Source of the DNA: Flavobacteriales bacterium
GTDB lineage: Bacteria; Bacteroidota; Bacteroidia; Palsa-965
NCBI GenBank assembly: GCA_040377305.1
Contig: JBEIPA010000007.1
Location: 1 to 64,000, forward strand
Direction: 5' to 3'
DNA: 64,000 nt
Below, one piece after another: positions 39,385-49,500 of this stretch. The notes under the pieces were generated by a model. That model was not told where the DNA came from, did no database searches, and saw only the letters and a program-made list of their open reading frames with translations. The position numbers and the translations under genes are program-made. Each line of letters opens with the position of its first letter. Position 1 is the first letter of the stretch.

Positions 39385-39871
39385 CGGCGTGATTTAAAGT
39401 CCCAATCCAGGCACAAACTTCTTCGAGATACTTCTGATCTGTCGTATCGAAATCGTTCAGTTTATCACTGTCGACGTCAAGAACCATTGTTACTTCTCCG
39501 GCAGCGTTCAAAACCGGAACAACAATTTCCGATTTGCTATCGGAGCTGCATGCAATATGACCGGGAAAAGCATCAACATCGGGAACAAGAATCGTTTGCT
39601 TCTCTTTCCACGACGTTCCGCACACACCTTTGCCTAATGCAATGCGTGTACAAGCCAGCGGACCCTGAAAAGGACCAAGTACCAGTTCGTTTCCACGTAC
39701 GATGTAAAACCCAACCCAGAAAAATCCGAAGGTCTGACGTAACGCCGCAGCAATGTTCGCAAGATTCGCAACACGGTTTTTCTCGACTTCGCACAAAGCT
39801 TTCAGCTGCGGAATAAGCGCAGTGTACTTTTCAGCTTTTGTTTGACCGGTGATGTTTAAGGTTTCTGCCAC
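39374..39871 (-). CDS. msrC: GAF-domain free methionine-R-sulfoxide reductase
   Basis: ANLAN, WVGFY, LGPFQGPLAC, GKGVCG, FPGHIAC, SEIVVP, LDVDS. Confidence 0.9.
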   Translation of the reverse strand: MAETLNITGQTKAEKYTALIPQLKALCEVEKNRVANLANIAAALRQTFGFFWVGFYIVRGNELVLGPFQGPLACTRIALGKGVCGTSWKEKQTILVPDVDAFPGHIACSSDSKSEIVVPVLNAAGEVTMVLDVDSDKLNDFDTTDQKYLEEVCAWIGTLNHADEL

Positions 39872-39906
39872 TGGAAGGCAAAGATACGATTAGCAGCTAG
39901 CAAATG

Positions 39907-40119
39907 GGAACGCGGATTTTGCTAGCCGTTGTTTTCTACGTTATCGCTCGGATGAGTACGGTAAATACAGCGTTTCGTTAACGGATTTTATGAGATAGGA
40001 TTGAATCTAATCTATTAAGATCGCGCCGTTTCGCAATGGGCTTTGGGCATTAACACCTAACACCTCCGTTTCGCCGCGTCGCCGTGTAAAGCGTCGCAGA
40101 CAACCGGAATCCGCGTTCC
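39907..40119. repeat. Intergenic element with 12-bp inverted ends, containing an 87-bp copy of the 43.7-kb repeat
   Basis: ggaacgcggatt (39907) / aatccgcgttcc (40108); 40019-40105 matches 43704-43790 with 8 mismatches. Confidence 0.75.
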
Positions 40120-40130
40120 TTTTTCCGACA

Positions 40131-40841
40131 CTAATCCCGTGCGGCCGCCAACGACACCACACTAATCTTCACACCCTCCACATCCAGCAGTGGCAGCACG
40201 CTCGCCTCAATCGTTGCGCCAGTCGTGATTACATCATCCACAATCAAAATATGCTTCCCCTCGATTTTCTTCTTCGCTGAAACGGCAAATACTTCACCCA
40301 CGTTTTCCCATCGCTCCTCACGACTCTTTCGTGTTTGTGATGTAGTCGCTTTGAGTCGCAACAAAACCTTGTCTGACCACGGCACATTCATCCCTTCCGA
40401 AAGCCCTTGCGCGAAACAAGCGGCCTGGTTGTACCCGCGTTTGTGGAGTTTATCCTCATGCAGCGGCACCGGCAGAATGAGGTCGGCAGTTAAAAATGGT
40501 GAAATAGTCTTAAGGATTGTTCCATAGTAATAACCTGCCGCAACACCCGCATCCTTTCGTCCGTTATACTTCAGGTTATGGACCAACTCCTGAACTTTGC
40601 CCTGCCCGGTGAACACAAAACAGGCAGCCGCGGCTTCCAATGGGAAACGCCCCCAGAACACCCGACTTGCGGGATTCGCAGCCGGATTCAGCTCATCATA
40701 CGTTCTTGGAAGTTCCTGTTCGCACGAAAAACAAAAGCCTTGTTCAGTTTTCAACAGGTGACCGTTACAAACTACACACAGCTTTGGGTACACTAACCCT
40801 ACAAAATCTTCAGCGAGTTGAACTAACTTTCCGGCGTTCAT
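40131..40841 (-). CDS. comF: ComF-family phosphoribosyltransferase-like protein
   Basis: CVVC...CFSC, LVHNLKY, PVPLH, RGYNQA, ILIVDDVITTGAT. Confidence 0.92.
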   Translation of the reverse strand: MNAGKLVQLAEDFVGLVYPKLCVVCNGHLLKTEQGFCFSCEQELPRTYDELNPAANPASRVFWGRFPLEAAAACFVFTGQGKVQELVHNLKYNGRKDAGVAAGYYYGTILKTISPFLTADLILPVPLHEDKLHKRGYNQAACFAQGLSEGMNVPWSDKVLLRLKATTSQTRKSREERWENVGEVFAVSAKKKIEGKHILIVDDVITTGATIEASVLPLLDVEGVKISVVSLAAARD

Positions 40842-40915
40842 TATTGTTTACTTTTGTGGCAAATTCGGAATGCAATTTGCTGCAACTAAAATAAAGCATA
40901 ATCGCGCAAAGTACT

Positions 40916-41854
40916 ATGGAAGAAAAGAAGAATAATGACCAAGAGAATAACAAGAAATTGCACCTCGTGTATTTACTGGTGATTTTCCTGTTAGGAGCCG
41001 CGTGTATTTATCTGGTTATGCAGGTTCGCGACCTCAAGGTGCAGGTGGTAGAAACTACAACCAACATCACGAATGTTATTCAGGAACGTGATGACGTAAC
41101 TTCGGATCTCGAAGCATTACGTGGACAGTATGAGCAATTGCAAACAACCGATGCTGCGCTGAACCTCGAACTCGAAGGCAAGAGAGCCTATATCGATTCA
41201 CTTCTTGTGGAAGCTGAAAAGCACAAAGGCGATAAAGCTATCATTGCAAAGCTGAAGAAGGAAACAGAAACGCTTCGTCGCATCATGCAAGGTTATGTGC
41301 GCACAATTGATTCATTGAATACACTCAACAATACGCTTCGCGATGAAAAGCAGCAAGTGCTGAATGAACTCGGTTCTGAAAAGGAAAAGAGCGCGAACAT
41401 CTCGAAGGAAAAAGACGGACTGCAGAGTCGCATCAATCAGGCTGCATTGCTTACAACGCTGAACGTGCGCGCATCCGGTGTGAATTCATCACGCGGCGGC
41501 AAAAAGGAATCGGAAACAAACAAAGCAAGCAAAGCAGACAAACTGAAAGTCTCATTTGATATTGCCGATAACGATCTCACGAAGGCGGGCGCACATACCG
41601 TGTACTTACGCATCATGACTCCGGACGGAAAAGAACTTACGAAGTCAGAAGATCCGGATCACCAGTTTACGTGGGGAGAAAACCGCGGCTTCTTTGCTGC
41701 GAGGAAATCAATCGACTATCAGAATCAGGCAATGACTGTGCTGATGTACGTAGACAAGCCGAATCCGGACAACGAATTCCTTCCGGGATCATACCGTGTC
41801 GAGATTGTATGCGATAACGCGATTATTGGCGAGACATCGTTTACGTTGCAATAG
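40916..41854 (+). CDS. Membrane-anchored coiled-coil protein
   Basis: One N-terminal TM, long heptad region, beta-rich C-terminus; TACTTTTG upstream. Confidence 0.8.
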   Translation: MEEKKNNDQENNKKLHLVYLLVIFLLGAACIYLVMQVRDLKVQVVETTTNITNVIQERDDVTSDLEALRGQYEQLQTTDAALNLELEGKRAYIDSLLVEAEKHKGDKAIIAKLKKETETLRRIMQGYVRTIDSLNTLNNTLRDEKQQVLNELGSEKEKSANISKEKDGLQSRINQAALLTTLNVRASGVNSSRGGKKESETNKASKADKLKVSFDIADNDLTKAGAHTVYLRIMTPDGKELTKSEDPDHQFTWGENRGFFAARKSIDYQNQAMTVLMYVDKPNPDNEFLPGSYRVEIVCDNAIIGETSFTLQ

Positions 41855-41867
41855 AAAATCAGAGCAC

Positions 41868-41905
41868 AAAAAAGCGGCGCACTGTTCATTCAGCGCGCCG
41901 CTTTT
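41868..41905. terminator. Bidirectional intrinsic terminator
   Basis: aaaaaagcggcgc...gcgccgctttt between convergent genes. Confidence 0.8.
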
Positions 41906-41918
41906 CTATTTTGGGCTG

Positions 41919-43604
41919 TTACTCCTTGATAATTTTTAGTGTGCGGGAAGTGTTCGTTCCGCTAACCTTCAGAAAGTAAATTCCTGCAGGACGATCAGCA
42001 AGATCAATGGTGTATGAAAATGCAGTTCCTTCCGGGTTCACCAAACTGCTTTGCATGATGCGACCACCCGCATCCAATAATTCAATGGTATAAGGTTCGT
42101 TGTTGCTATCCTGAAAATTCAGTTGAACAGAGGATGCTGTTGGATTCGGGTAAAAGGAGAAATTGTTTTCCGTAGCATCCTCAATTCCCGTGAATGAATC
42201 AGTAACGATGAACTGCGCCATCATCCCATTGTCTTCGTGAACGAGGTTGTGACAATGATACATGTATGGCATTGTATCGTTTGCGAAGTCCTCAAACTTC
42301 ATGATAACCTGCACCACTTCATTCGGGAGGATATAAAAAACATCTTTCAGTCCTCCTTCATACGCAGGTGGTTGATTGCCGTTTCGCGATAGGATGTAAA
42401 ATGGCACATCGTGTATGTGAATGGGATGCGCAATATTCGTGTTGTTTGTGAATTGCCATACCTCCAGATTGTTCAGTGGAATGGTGTCGTTGATCACCAT
42501 CATGTCGAACGCAAGAAAATTGATTGTGAAATTGGCCATGGTCGCAAACATGCCATTTCCATCCAGAGTTTTGTATCGGAGTGTATTGACATTCGCAATA
42601 TTCCAGGGTGTAACGTTTATCAGCGAGGAGGGAATTGTCGTCACAGGATTTCCCGTAGGAGCAACAACGTTAATCTGCATGATACCAAAATTAGTGGCGT
42701 TCAGAACGCTCGCACCGTTGGGCATTCCGCCACCTCCGGGTTCATTGTTAGCGAACGCAGAAGCGTAACTCATCATCACGAAATTATTTCCCTGGTCATT
42801 GGTGAGATCAAGGAGAATTTCGAATCGCTCACCAGATGCAATTTTCAATCGTGTTACAGGAACAGGTTGGCTCAGCAAACCGCCATCGGATGCAATGACA
42901 TAGAACGTGCGATTATCGCTGAACCCGAGATTGTAGCTTCTCACATTTGATCCGTTCAACACCCGTAAACGAACAACTTGCGCCGGCGCATCGAGATACG
43001 CGTGCATCGTTCCATTCACAACCATGGAATCTGCTAATCCATCAACGATCAAATCACCATTTGCATTGAACGTGCGATCCTGCAACACAACCGGAATATC
43101 ATCTGTTCCATACGTGCGCGGTAAATTCAAAGCGGCTTCAACCGTGTCTTTCACAATAATCATCCCAGCGAGACCCATATAAACCTGAGTGCCGGTGTTC
43201 ATGTGTAAATGCGGATGATACCAGCACGTAGACGCTGCATTGCGGATTCCGAATCCAACTTGCCAGGTTGTACCGGCATTAATTACATTATGCGGACCAC
43301 CATCCATTGTTGCAGGAATATGTAGTCCGTGCCAGTGCATTGTTGTAGTTTGTGTGAGATTATTCACCACAGCGATATTTACCGAATCATCTTTGTTCAC
43401 CACGAGTGTGGGTCCGAGATACGAACCGTTCACGCCATACGTAGCTGTATTATTCGCTCCAAAGAAATGATGTGAAGAATCGGCAACTGTGAGCGTGAAG
43501 TTGTTTCCGGAAATAGCAGCAGGAATTGCCAACGGGTTGTAGTACAACTGGGCATTTAACAGGGTTGTACAGGAAGTCGCGAGGAAGAGAAATAAGATTT
43601 TCAT
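41919..43604 (-). CDS. Multicopper oxidase with T9SS CTD
   Basis: HWHG, WYHPH, HPIHIH, HCHNLVHEDNGMM copper motifs; YPNP...AGIYFL...KIIKE CTD. Confidence 0.93.
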   Translation of the reverse strand: MKILFLFLATSCTTLLNAQLYYNPLAIPAAISGNNFTLTVADSSHHFFGANNTATYGVNGSYLGPTLVVNKDDSVNIAVVNNLTQTTTMHWHGLHIPATMDGGPHNVINAGTTWQVGFGIRNAASTCWYHPHLHMNTGTQVYMGLAGMIIVKDTVEAALNLPRTYGTDDIPVVLQDRTFNANGDLIVDGLADSMVVNGTMHAYLDAPAQVVRLRVLNGSNVRSYNLGFSDNRTFYVIASDGGLLSQPVPVTRLKIASGERFEILLDLTNDQGNNFVMMSYASAFANNEPGGGGMPNGASVLNATNFGIMQINVVAPTGNPVTTIPSSLINVTPWNIANVNTLRYKTLDGNGMFATMANFTINFLAFDMMVINDTIPLNNLEVWQFTNNTNIAHPIHIHDVPFYILSRNGNQPPAYEGGLKDVFYILPNEVVQVIMKFEDFANDTMPYMYHCHNLVHEDNGMMAQFIVTDSFTGIEDATENNFSFYPNPTASSVQLNFQDSNNEPYTIELLDAGGRIMQSSLVNPEGTAFSYTIDLADRPAGIYFLKVSGTNTSRTLKIIKE

Positions 43605-43689
43605 AGCGATCAAAACTAGGAAATGAATGGTGATGATCACATGACGGAAATCAGGTAACGGATGTCACGGTACTATTCGGGTTCCATTC

Positions 43690-43947
43690 TAAATCGCGTC
43701 AGCGATCACGCCGTGTCCAAATGGGCAATGGGCATTAGCACCTAACACCTCCGTTTCACCGCGTCGCCGTGTAAAGCGTCGCAGACAACCACTAATTCGC
43801 AAACACCATACTCTTCCTGTCCACTAGTAAATCGCTTCAGCGATCACGCCGTGTCCAAATGGGCAATGGGCATTAGCACCTAACACCTCCGTTTCACCGC
43901 GTCGCCGTGTAAAGCGTCGCAGACAACCACTAATTCGCAAACACCAT
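43690..43947. repeat. 120-bp direct duplication (138-bp period) including the last codons of the peptidase gene
   Basis: 43690-43809 vs 43828-43947 differ at one base. Confidence 0.95.
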
Positions 43948-45660
43948 CGATTTCGTTTCAACGGTTGTTCCATCAATCACCAGCGAATAGAAGAAAGTTC
44001 CTGTCGCGCCATAACCATGCGTGTACAGCACTTCATTCAATCCCGGTTGTAACGTCAGCGGAATTTCTTCCACGAGTCTTCCCTGCAAATCGGTTATTGT
44101 AAGCGATGCTTTCTTGTACGACGGCATCTGATCAACCTGGAAGAGTATGTACGTTGCTTCGTCAAACGGATTCGGTTGATTCTGCATGAGGGAAACTCCC
44201 GGAATCATCTGTTCGTATTCCTCGATTCCAACCGGAGAAATCTGAATCTCACGCGAAGGAATACTTTCAATTCCATTCGTATCAACCGACATTACGCTCA
44301 CACGATACCATGCTGCTGTGGGAACATCAATGGTGTCTGTCAATGTTCCGGTGAAGGTGTAAACGGAATCCCAATCGTTCGTTAATGTGCGAACACCAAC
44401 ACGATACGTTGCGTATTGCGTTTGTTGTGTGATCGTCACTACGAGATCACTGTCATTCACACCAAGAACAAAATCCGGAATCTTCGGACCGATCGCAGCC
44501 ATCGCAATTGCATTCGCGTTGATCACCGTGTTTCTGGCGAGGTAATTGAAATCGATGTAGAAACTGTCGACGATCTGATCGTTGTTGGTATCGACTCCGA
44601 GTGTATCGCGATAACTGTGCTGCCGATCGCTGTAACCCGGTTGGGATACATCTGCATCGCCGTGTTCATTCGCTGCTGTCAGGCGCATGGCCGTGAATAA
44701 ATTCTGCCGGAACGGAATATGATCACCACCGCGACCGGTTCTGTCTTCCGGCGACTGTATGCGTATATCCGTTTGCACGGCGACGAACGGAGCAATTTCT
44801 TCTTTGTATTCGAGCTTGATAAAACGGCAATAGCCTTTGTGTGGAGAGTTGAAGCTCCCTGCAGAAAACAAACGCACGCCAACACTGTCGATGTGTCCCA
44901 ATCCCGGACAGCTCGGTGCAGAAGAAGTAATTCCACACATGATTCCACCGGTAACATCGTTGTTCTGTACGGCAGCAATCGGAATGTCGAGTTGATTGCA
45001 ATAATCTGCGAATGCTTCTGCACCATACAAACCTTGCTCTTCGCCAATCGTAACGAGAAAGACGATCGTGTGATTGTAACTGTATTTGCTCATCACACGC
45101 GCGAGTTCAATGACCAATGCAGTTCCGGTTGCGTTGTCTTCCACACCTTCTGCCTGGCACAACGAATCGCACAAGCTCTCACAACGCGAATCCATGTGTG
45201 CTTCTACAAAAATCACGCGATGGTCGGCAGTGTCCATTCCCGGAAGCACCGCGAAAATATTCCTGTGTTGCGGTGTTGTGCAAATCAATTGATCAAATTG
45301 CAGATACGAGGGAATCAATCGATTCTCATTCGCCAAACTAAACTCCATGAACTTCTGGTAAACCCAACGTCGCGACGCACCAACACCAAACGTATTCGAC
45401 ACCGTATCAGAACCTGTATTGCGATTCCCGAACGAAGCCAACGTGATGATATAACTCTTCAGCGAATCTGGATTTACTTCCGACATGATTCCTGTGGCAA
45501 TACTATCCGGATGATTGATCACAGTGCTCGCCATAAACTGCGCTGGATCGTAATTTCCGCGCATCACATCTTCTGCGAGTGGAGTGGTGGAGATGATGTT
45601 GGTTTGGGAATAACCGGCGAATGGAATTGCGAAGAATAAAAGGATGTAGATATGTTTCAT
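43930..45660 (-). CDS. M28-family metallopeptidase with T9SS-type CTD
   Basis: EAHMDSR, GVEDNATG, GEEQGLYG, NNDVTG, GRGGDHIPF; QNQPNPF CTD. Confidence 0.87.
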   Translation of the reverse strand: MKHIYILLFFAIPFAGYSQTNIISTTPLAEDVMRGNYDPAQFMASTVINHPDSIATGIMSEVNPDSLKSYIITLASFGNRNTGSDTVSNTFGVGASRRWVYQKFMEFSLANENRLIPSYLQFDQLICTTPQHRNIFAVLPGMDTADHRVIFVEAHMDSRCESLCDSLCQAEGVEDNATGTALVIELARVMSKYSYNHTIVFLVTIGEEQGLYGAEAFADYCNQLDIPIAAVQNNDVTGGIMCGITSSAPSCPGLGHIDSVGVRLFSAGSFNSPHKGYCRFIKLEYKEEIAPFVAVQTDIRIQSPEDRTGRGGDHIPFRQNLFTAMRLTAANEHGDADVSQPGYSDRQHSYRDTLGVDTNNDQIVDSFYIDFNYLARNTVINANAIAMAAIGPKIPDFVLGVNDSDLVVTITQQTQYATYRVGVRTLTNDWDSVYTFTGTLTDTIDVPTAAWYRVSVMSVDTNGIESIPSREIQISPVGIEEYEQMIPGVSLMQNQPNPFDEATYILFQVDQMPSYKKASLTITDLQGRLVEEIPLTLQPGLNEVLYTHGYGATGTFFYSLVIDGTTVETKSMVFAN

Positions 45661-45733
45661 GGCAACCACAAGTTACAAATTCCGTCATTGTTTTGAGAAT
45701 CACCTGTTCCAGACTAATTTGCAGACACTTCGT

Positions 45734-46393
45734 ATGCGCTCAAGACTAGCCATTTTCATTTTGCTTTATTCTTCGATGGCTTACGCTCAATCATCGAGTC
45801 CAATCATTTGGGCATTTGGTCTCGGGGGCTCTGCAGGTTACCAGCAACCACGTTACGTCGACACCGACTTTTCCGGAATTGACAACTTCAGTTATCAAAG
45901 CAAATTACAATGGCTTGGAGCAGTAAACGTTCGAATGTATCCGGATGATAGATTCTGTATTCAATTTTCTACAGGAATGCGCGACGCCGGCTGGAGAAAG
46001 GTTAATGATGATCCTTCACTGGAACCACATTGGCTTCGAACAGACTATTCCTTCTTGTATACGTTCATGGATGTTTCAATAGGCACTGGCTTCGGTCGCA
46101 AAAATCCATTGCTGCATCCAACGTTCGGCTTCACACAACAATTTGCGATTTCAAGTCGCGAGAAAACTTATTACGAAGACGGTCACACGGAATCTTCAGA
46201 AGCGCGCCTCGTTCCAAACAAGTATCCGAACTCAATTTACATCGCATTTAATTACACATGGAATGTTGGCGCCCATTCCGACATCGGATTTCAGTATCGC
46301 TGTGAAGTAGGTATCAAGAAGTACCATGATGTTATTGTGCGCAGTCCACAAATTCAGCATAGCGTAGGTGTTAACTACCATTTCTCGTTGTAG
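45734..46393 (+). CDS. Small outer-membrane beta-barrel protein
   Basis: Signal peptide MRSRLAIF..AYAQ; ends SVGVNYHFSL. Confidence 0.7.
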   Translation: MRSRLAIFILLYSSMAYAQSSSPIIWAFGLGGSAGYQQPRYVDTDFSGIDNFSYQSKLQWLGAVNVRMYPDDRFCIQFSTGMRDAGWRKVNDDPSLEPHWLRTDYSFLYTFMDVSIGTGFGRKNPLLHPTFGFTQQFAISSREKTYYEDGHTESSEARLVPNKYPNSIYIAFNYTWNVGAHSDIGFQYRCEVGIKKYHDVIVRSPQIQHSVGVNYHFSL

Positions 46394-46466
46394 ATTTTTC
46401 TCGCCAAAATGTGCACACAGAAAAAAACAGATCAAACGGATTAGCACGGATTTGCCTGTGGTTTTT

Positions 46467-46502
46467 TGACTGCCTACTGCATGACTGCACTACTGCCTAC
46501 TG
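46467..46502. repeat. CAGTAGG-family heptamer tract
   Basis: gactgcctactgcatgactgcactactgcctactg, adjacent to the stop at 46504. Confidence 0.8.
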
Positions 46503-46503
46503 T

Positions 46504-49500
46504 TTAAAACATCGCCCTCACCTGCGCCGTCCCCGTATGTATCGGCTTATTATCCGGCGTCTTCCTTCCTTCATAGCCCAATGTCAATTGCAATCCACCA
46601 CCCAGCGATTGTTGCCAGCCCGCTTTCCAGGTAAAATTTTCTCCGGGCTTTAGTCCTTCGAGCATTTCGTAGCCTATGGTGGAATTTACGGTGCCGTCAT
46701 AAGCGATTCGGAAGTAATTGAATTCTGCATCAAGCGAACCTTTCGATGCTTTAGTCGCGCGAAACTCAACACCGAATTTCTGAATAGCTGTTTTTTCTCC
46801 ACCGAGATCGGCATCGTTTTTCTTCTCAGAGTAACGGTACAGCAAACTCACCCGGAAAGTTGTTCCCGGTTGGTAACTCAACTTTGGTTCGGCATCGAAA
46901 TAGTTGATGAAGTAATTCCGCGTAGAGAAATATTCGGAAGTGTTGGATTTTTTACCGCGCTTGTATTCGGTGATGAGTGAGAATGCACGGGTTACGTTCC
47001 AGCGTACACGAACCTGGTTGTACTCGTTGCCGCGAGATTCCAATCCATTGGTGAGAAGATTTTTCCCTTTCACACTCTGCCACGTGTGATCAATGCCAAA
47101 CTTGCTCGAAAGCTGATTGAAGAAAACCGTGTTGCGAACTGTTGCGTTCAATGTCACGAGTGCAGTATCACCGGCATCATCGATCTGCGGGAGATACGCG
47201 TGTTCGAACTGTTCACTCTGTGTTTTGCGATCAACGCGATATGCTGCCTGATCAGAAAAGCGTGTGAGGAATTTGCGGAATCCTTTTTTGCTCTGCCAGG
47301 TCTGCGGTGTGCGCAAACGAATGCTCTGTGAAAACTGATTCGTGTACACTTTTACATACTGATTCGTCGGCGTGTAAACGCGGATGTATAGCGCCTGATC
47401 AGAGAACAACGCGATTTCAAATTCGTTGAGCTCTTTCACGCCGTTGCTGTTGTAGTCGGTCCACGCATACGCGCCTTGCCCTGCCGGAACTTCGAGGTAG
47501 AAAAACTCTTTCTTCACTTCGAGGCCCGAGCCAGCTTCGTAGAACGTGTTGAGATCGATGGCTCCTTTGAACAGTTTGATGGAGTATTCGATACGACCGA
47601 CCACCGTATTATCCGGTTGTGATTGCGTGATGAGATAATTCCGGATGTCGAGCTTACGATAACTTGCGGTGATGTTCAGGCGTTGATTCTTCAGCTGATT
47701 AAATCCAACAGTAGCACCGATGTTTTCACCGAACGTAGCCAGATCAAGTTTGGTGTTCATCGGCAACCAATCACTGCGTTGTTTGTAGAATCCGCGAACG
47801 AATGTTTTGGATGAATCACCAATGAGCATGTACGATTCCCATTCGATGTAGCCGAAACTTTGCGCTTGTAGTGTATCGCTGTTGGGACGATGTACATTGC
47901 TGAATTCAATTTCTTCCCAACCGCCAATGGAAATATGCTTCGTCAGCGGAATTGAAATCTGCGCACGCTGGCGACTAAAATCGGTTTTACCATACGCGCC
48001 GGTGGATGTCAGGTAACTCGCATTAAGTGTTGCACGAACACGCTTGTGATTCACGCCCAAAAGAATTCCGTTTTTGATTCCGGTGTACTGCGCGCCTTCG
48101 TTGAACGCAGAAAAATCGTAACCGGTGATGAATTTGCCCTTCGTTGATGCATAACGGAAATTCGAAATCACCATGTGTTGATCTGTACTCGGCTTGCGTG
48201 TCGAATTCCAACCCAGATTCCAGTCGCGTTCGAATTCAACGGGACGATACCGTTCTACAAACGTGAAGTTCTTGCTCATGTACTCGTACTTCACGGCTAG
48301 CGAAAACTCAACTGAATCATTCACCCGGAATTTCTTTCTGTAACCGAACGATCCGGCGTAACCCTGATCGTCTTCACTGTTGATCGGTGAAAAAGTATTC
48401 AGATCGTAATTGCTCAACGCTGCTTCTGCCGTGATGCCACCTGATTTGGTGTTGCGTTCTCCACCGAAAGTCACCATCTGTCGTTTCTTCGGTGTCACGA
48501 TCAAAATCACAGGCTCGTAATCGCCTTGCGGAACTCCATTCACCGGGGCAGTCCACTCAAACACTTTACCGTTCGCGGCAGAAGTAATCTGCCGATAGTT
48601 TCCGTTGTTCGGACCCACATACGAGAATGCAGCACGCCAATGCGCAAGTTCAGAATCGGTCGAGTACACAAACACATTCGGATAAAGAACAGCATTCACT
48701 AACGTATCCACTTGTCGGTATCGTACTTCCGTATCAGAGAATCCAACACTATCAGAACCCGGGATCACCGCCTGATTCAATGTATCACCAACTTCCGAGA
48801 GAATGAGAACGTCATTCGGCGTGAGCGATTGTTGTACCGGTTGGTTCTTGTGATCCTGTTCGGAGTAAACATTGAGTGTAAAGCGAGTGGTTTTCAGCGG
48901 AATGTTTTTGCCATTATCAATTCCGGGCATAGGTGAAGTATTTTGCCAGGTAATTGCGCTATGAATCAGGGAGCGTGAATAATTTCTGTCGCTGTACTGA
49001 AACTCCACAACAATCCGCTTGTCTTTCGTGATGAGCTGCTTCGCGGTGAACGTAACTTCTGCCGTGTTGTAGTCGATGATGTAATCGTTGTCTTGTCCGC
49101 GTACCATCAGCCTTCCATCGACAAAAACTTTCTCCGTTCCCGAAAGCACAATGATGAACAATTCATTCTCTGCACCACGCAGGCGATACGGACCTTGATT
49201 TCCTTCTACGCCCTGAATAACATTTCGCGCAAATTTTCCTTTCGAAAGTGCTGCAGCTCCGGAGACGCGCAGTTTCGTTCCGAGTGAGTCATTTTTAGTT
49301 CCAACAACCGGACGTGCTGGCGATTGTCTTTCGTTCTGTGTGATGGGAACAACTGTGGTGAACGATAAACCTTGTCCGCGCTTGTTGAATTTCATGAAGT
49401 ACGAATTCGGCCGCTCCGTAAAAAAATCTCCTGCAATCAACTTGGTAGTCGGCGATGAAATCTGAATGAAGACGCGATCGAATTCCTGAAGCTGCTGCGT

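Noticed and set aside
43690-43947. Diversity-generating retroelement TR/VR pair
   Set aside because: Copies differ at one base rather than at adenines, and no reverse transcriptase is present.
44719-45639. 306-aa plus-strand ORF
   Set aside because: Antisense to the M28 peptidase with no recognisable motifs; the same applies to 14781-15428, 25099-25788 and 35188-35886.
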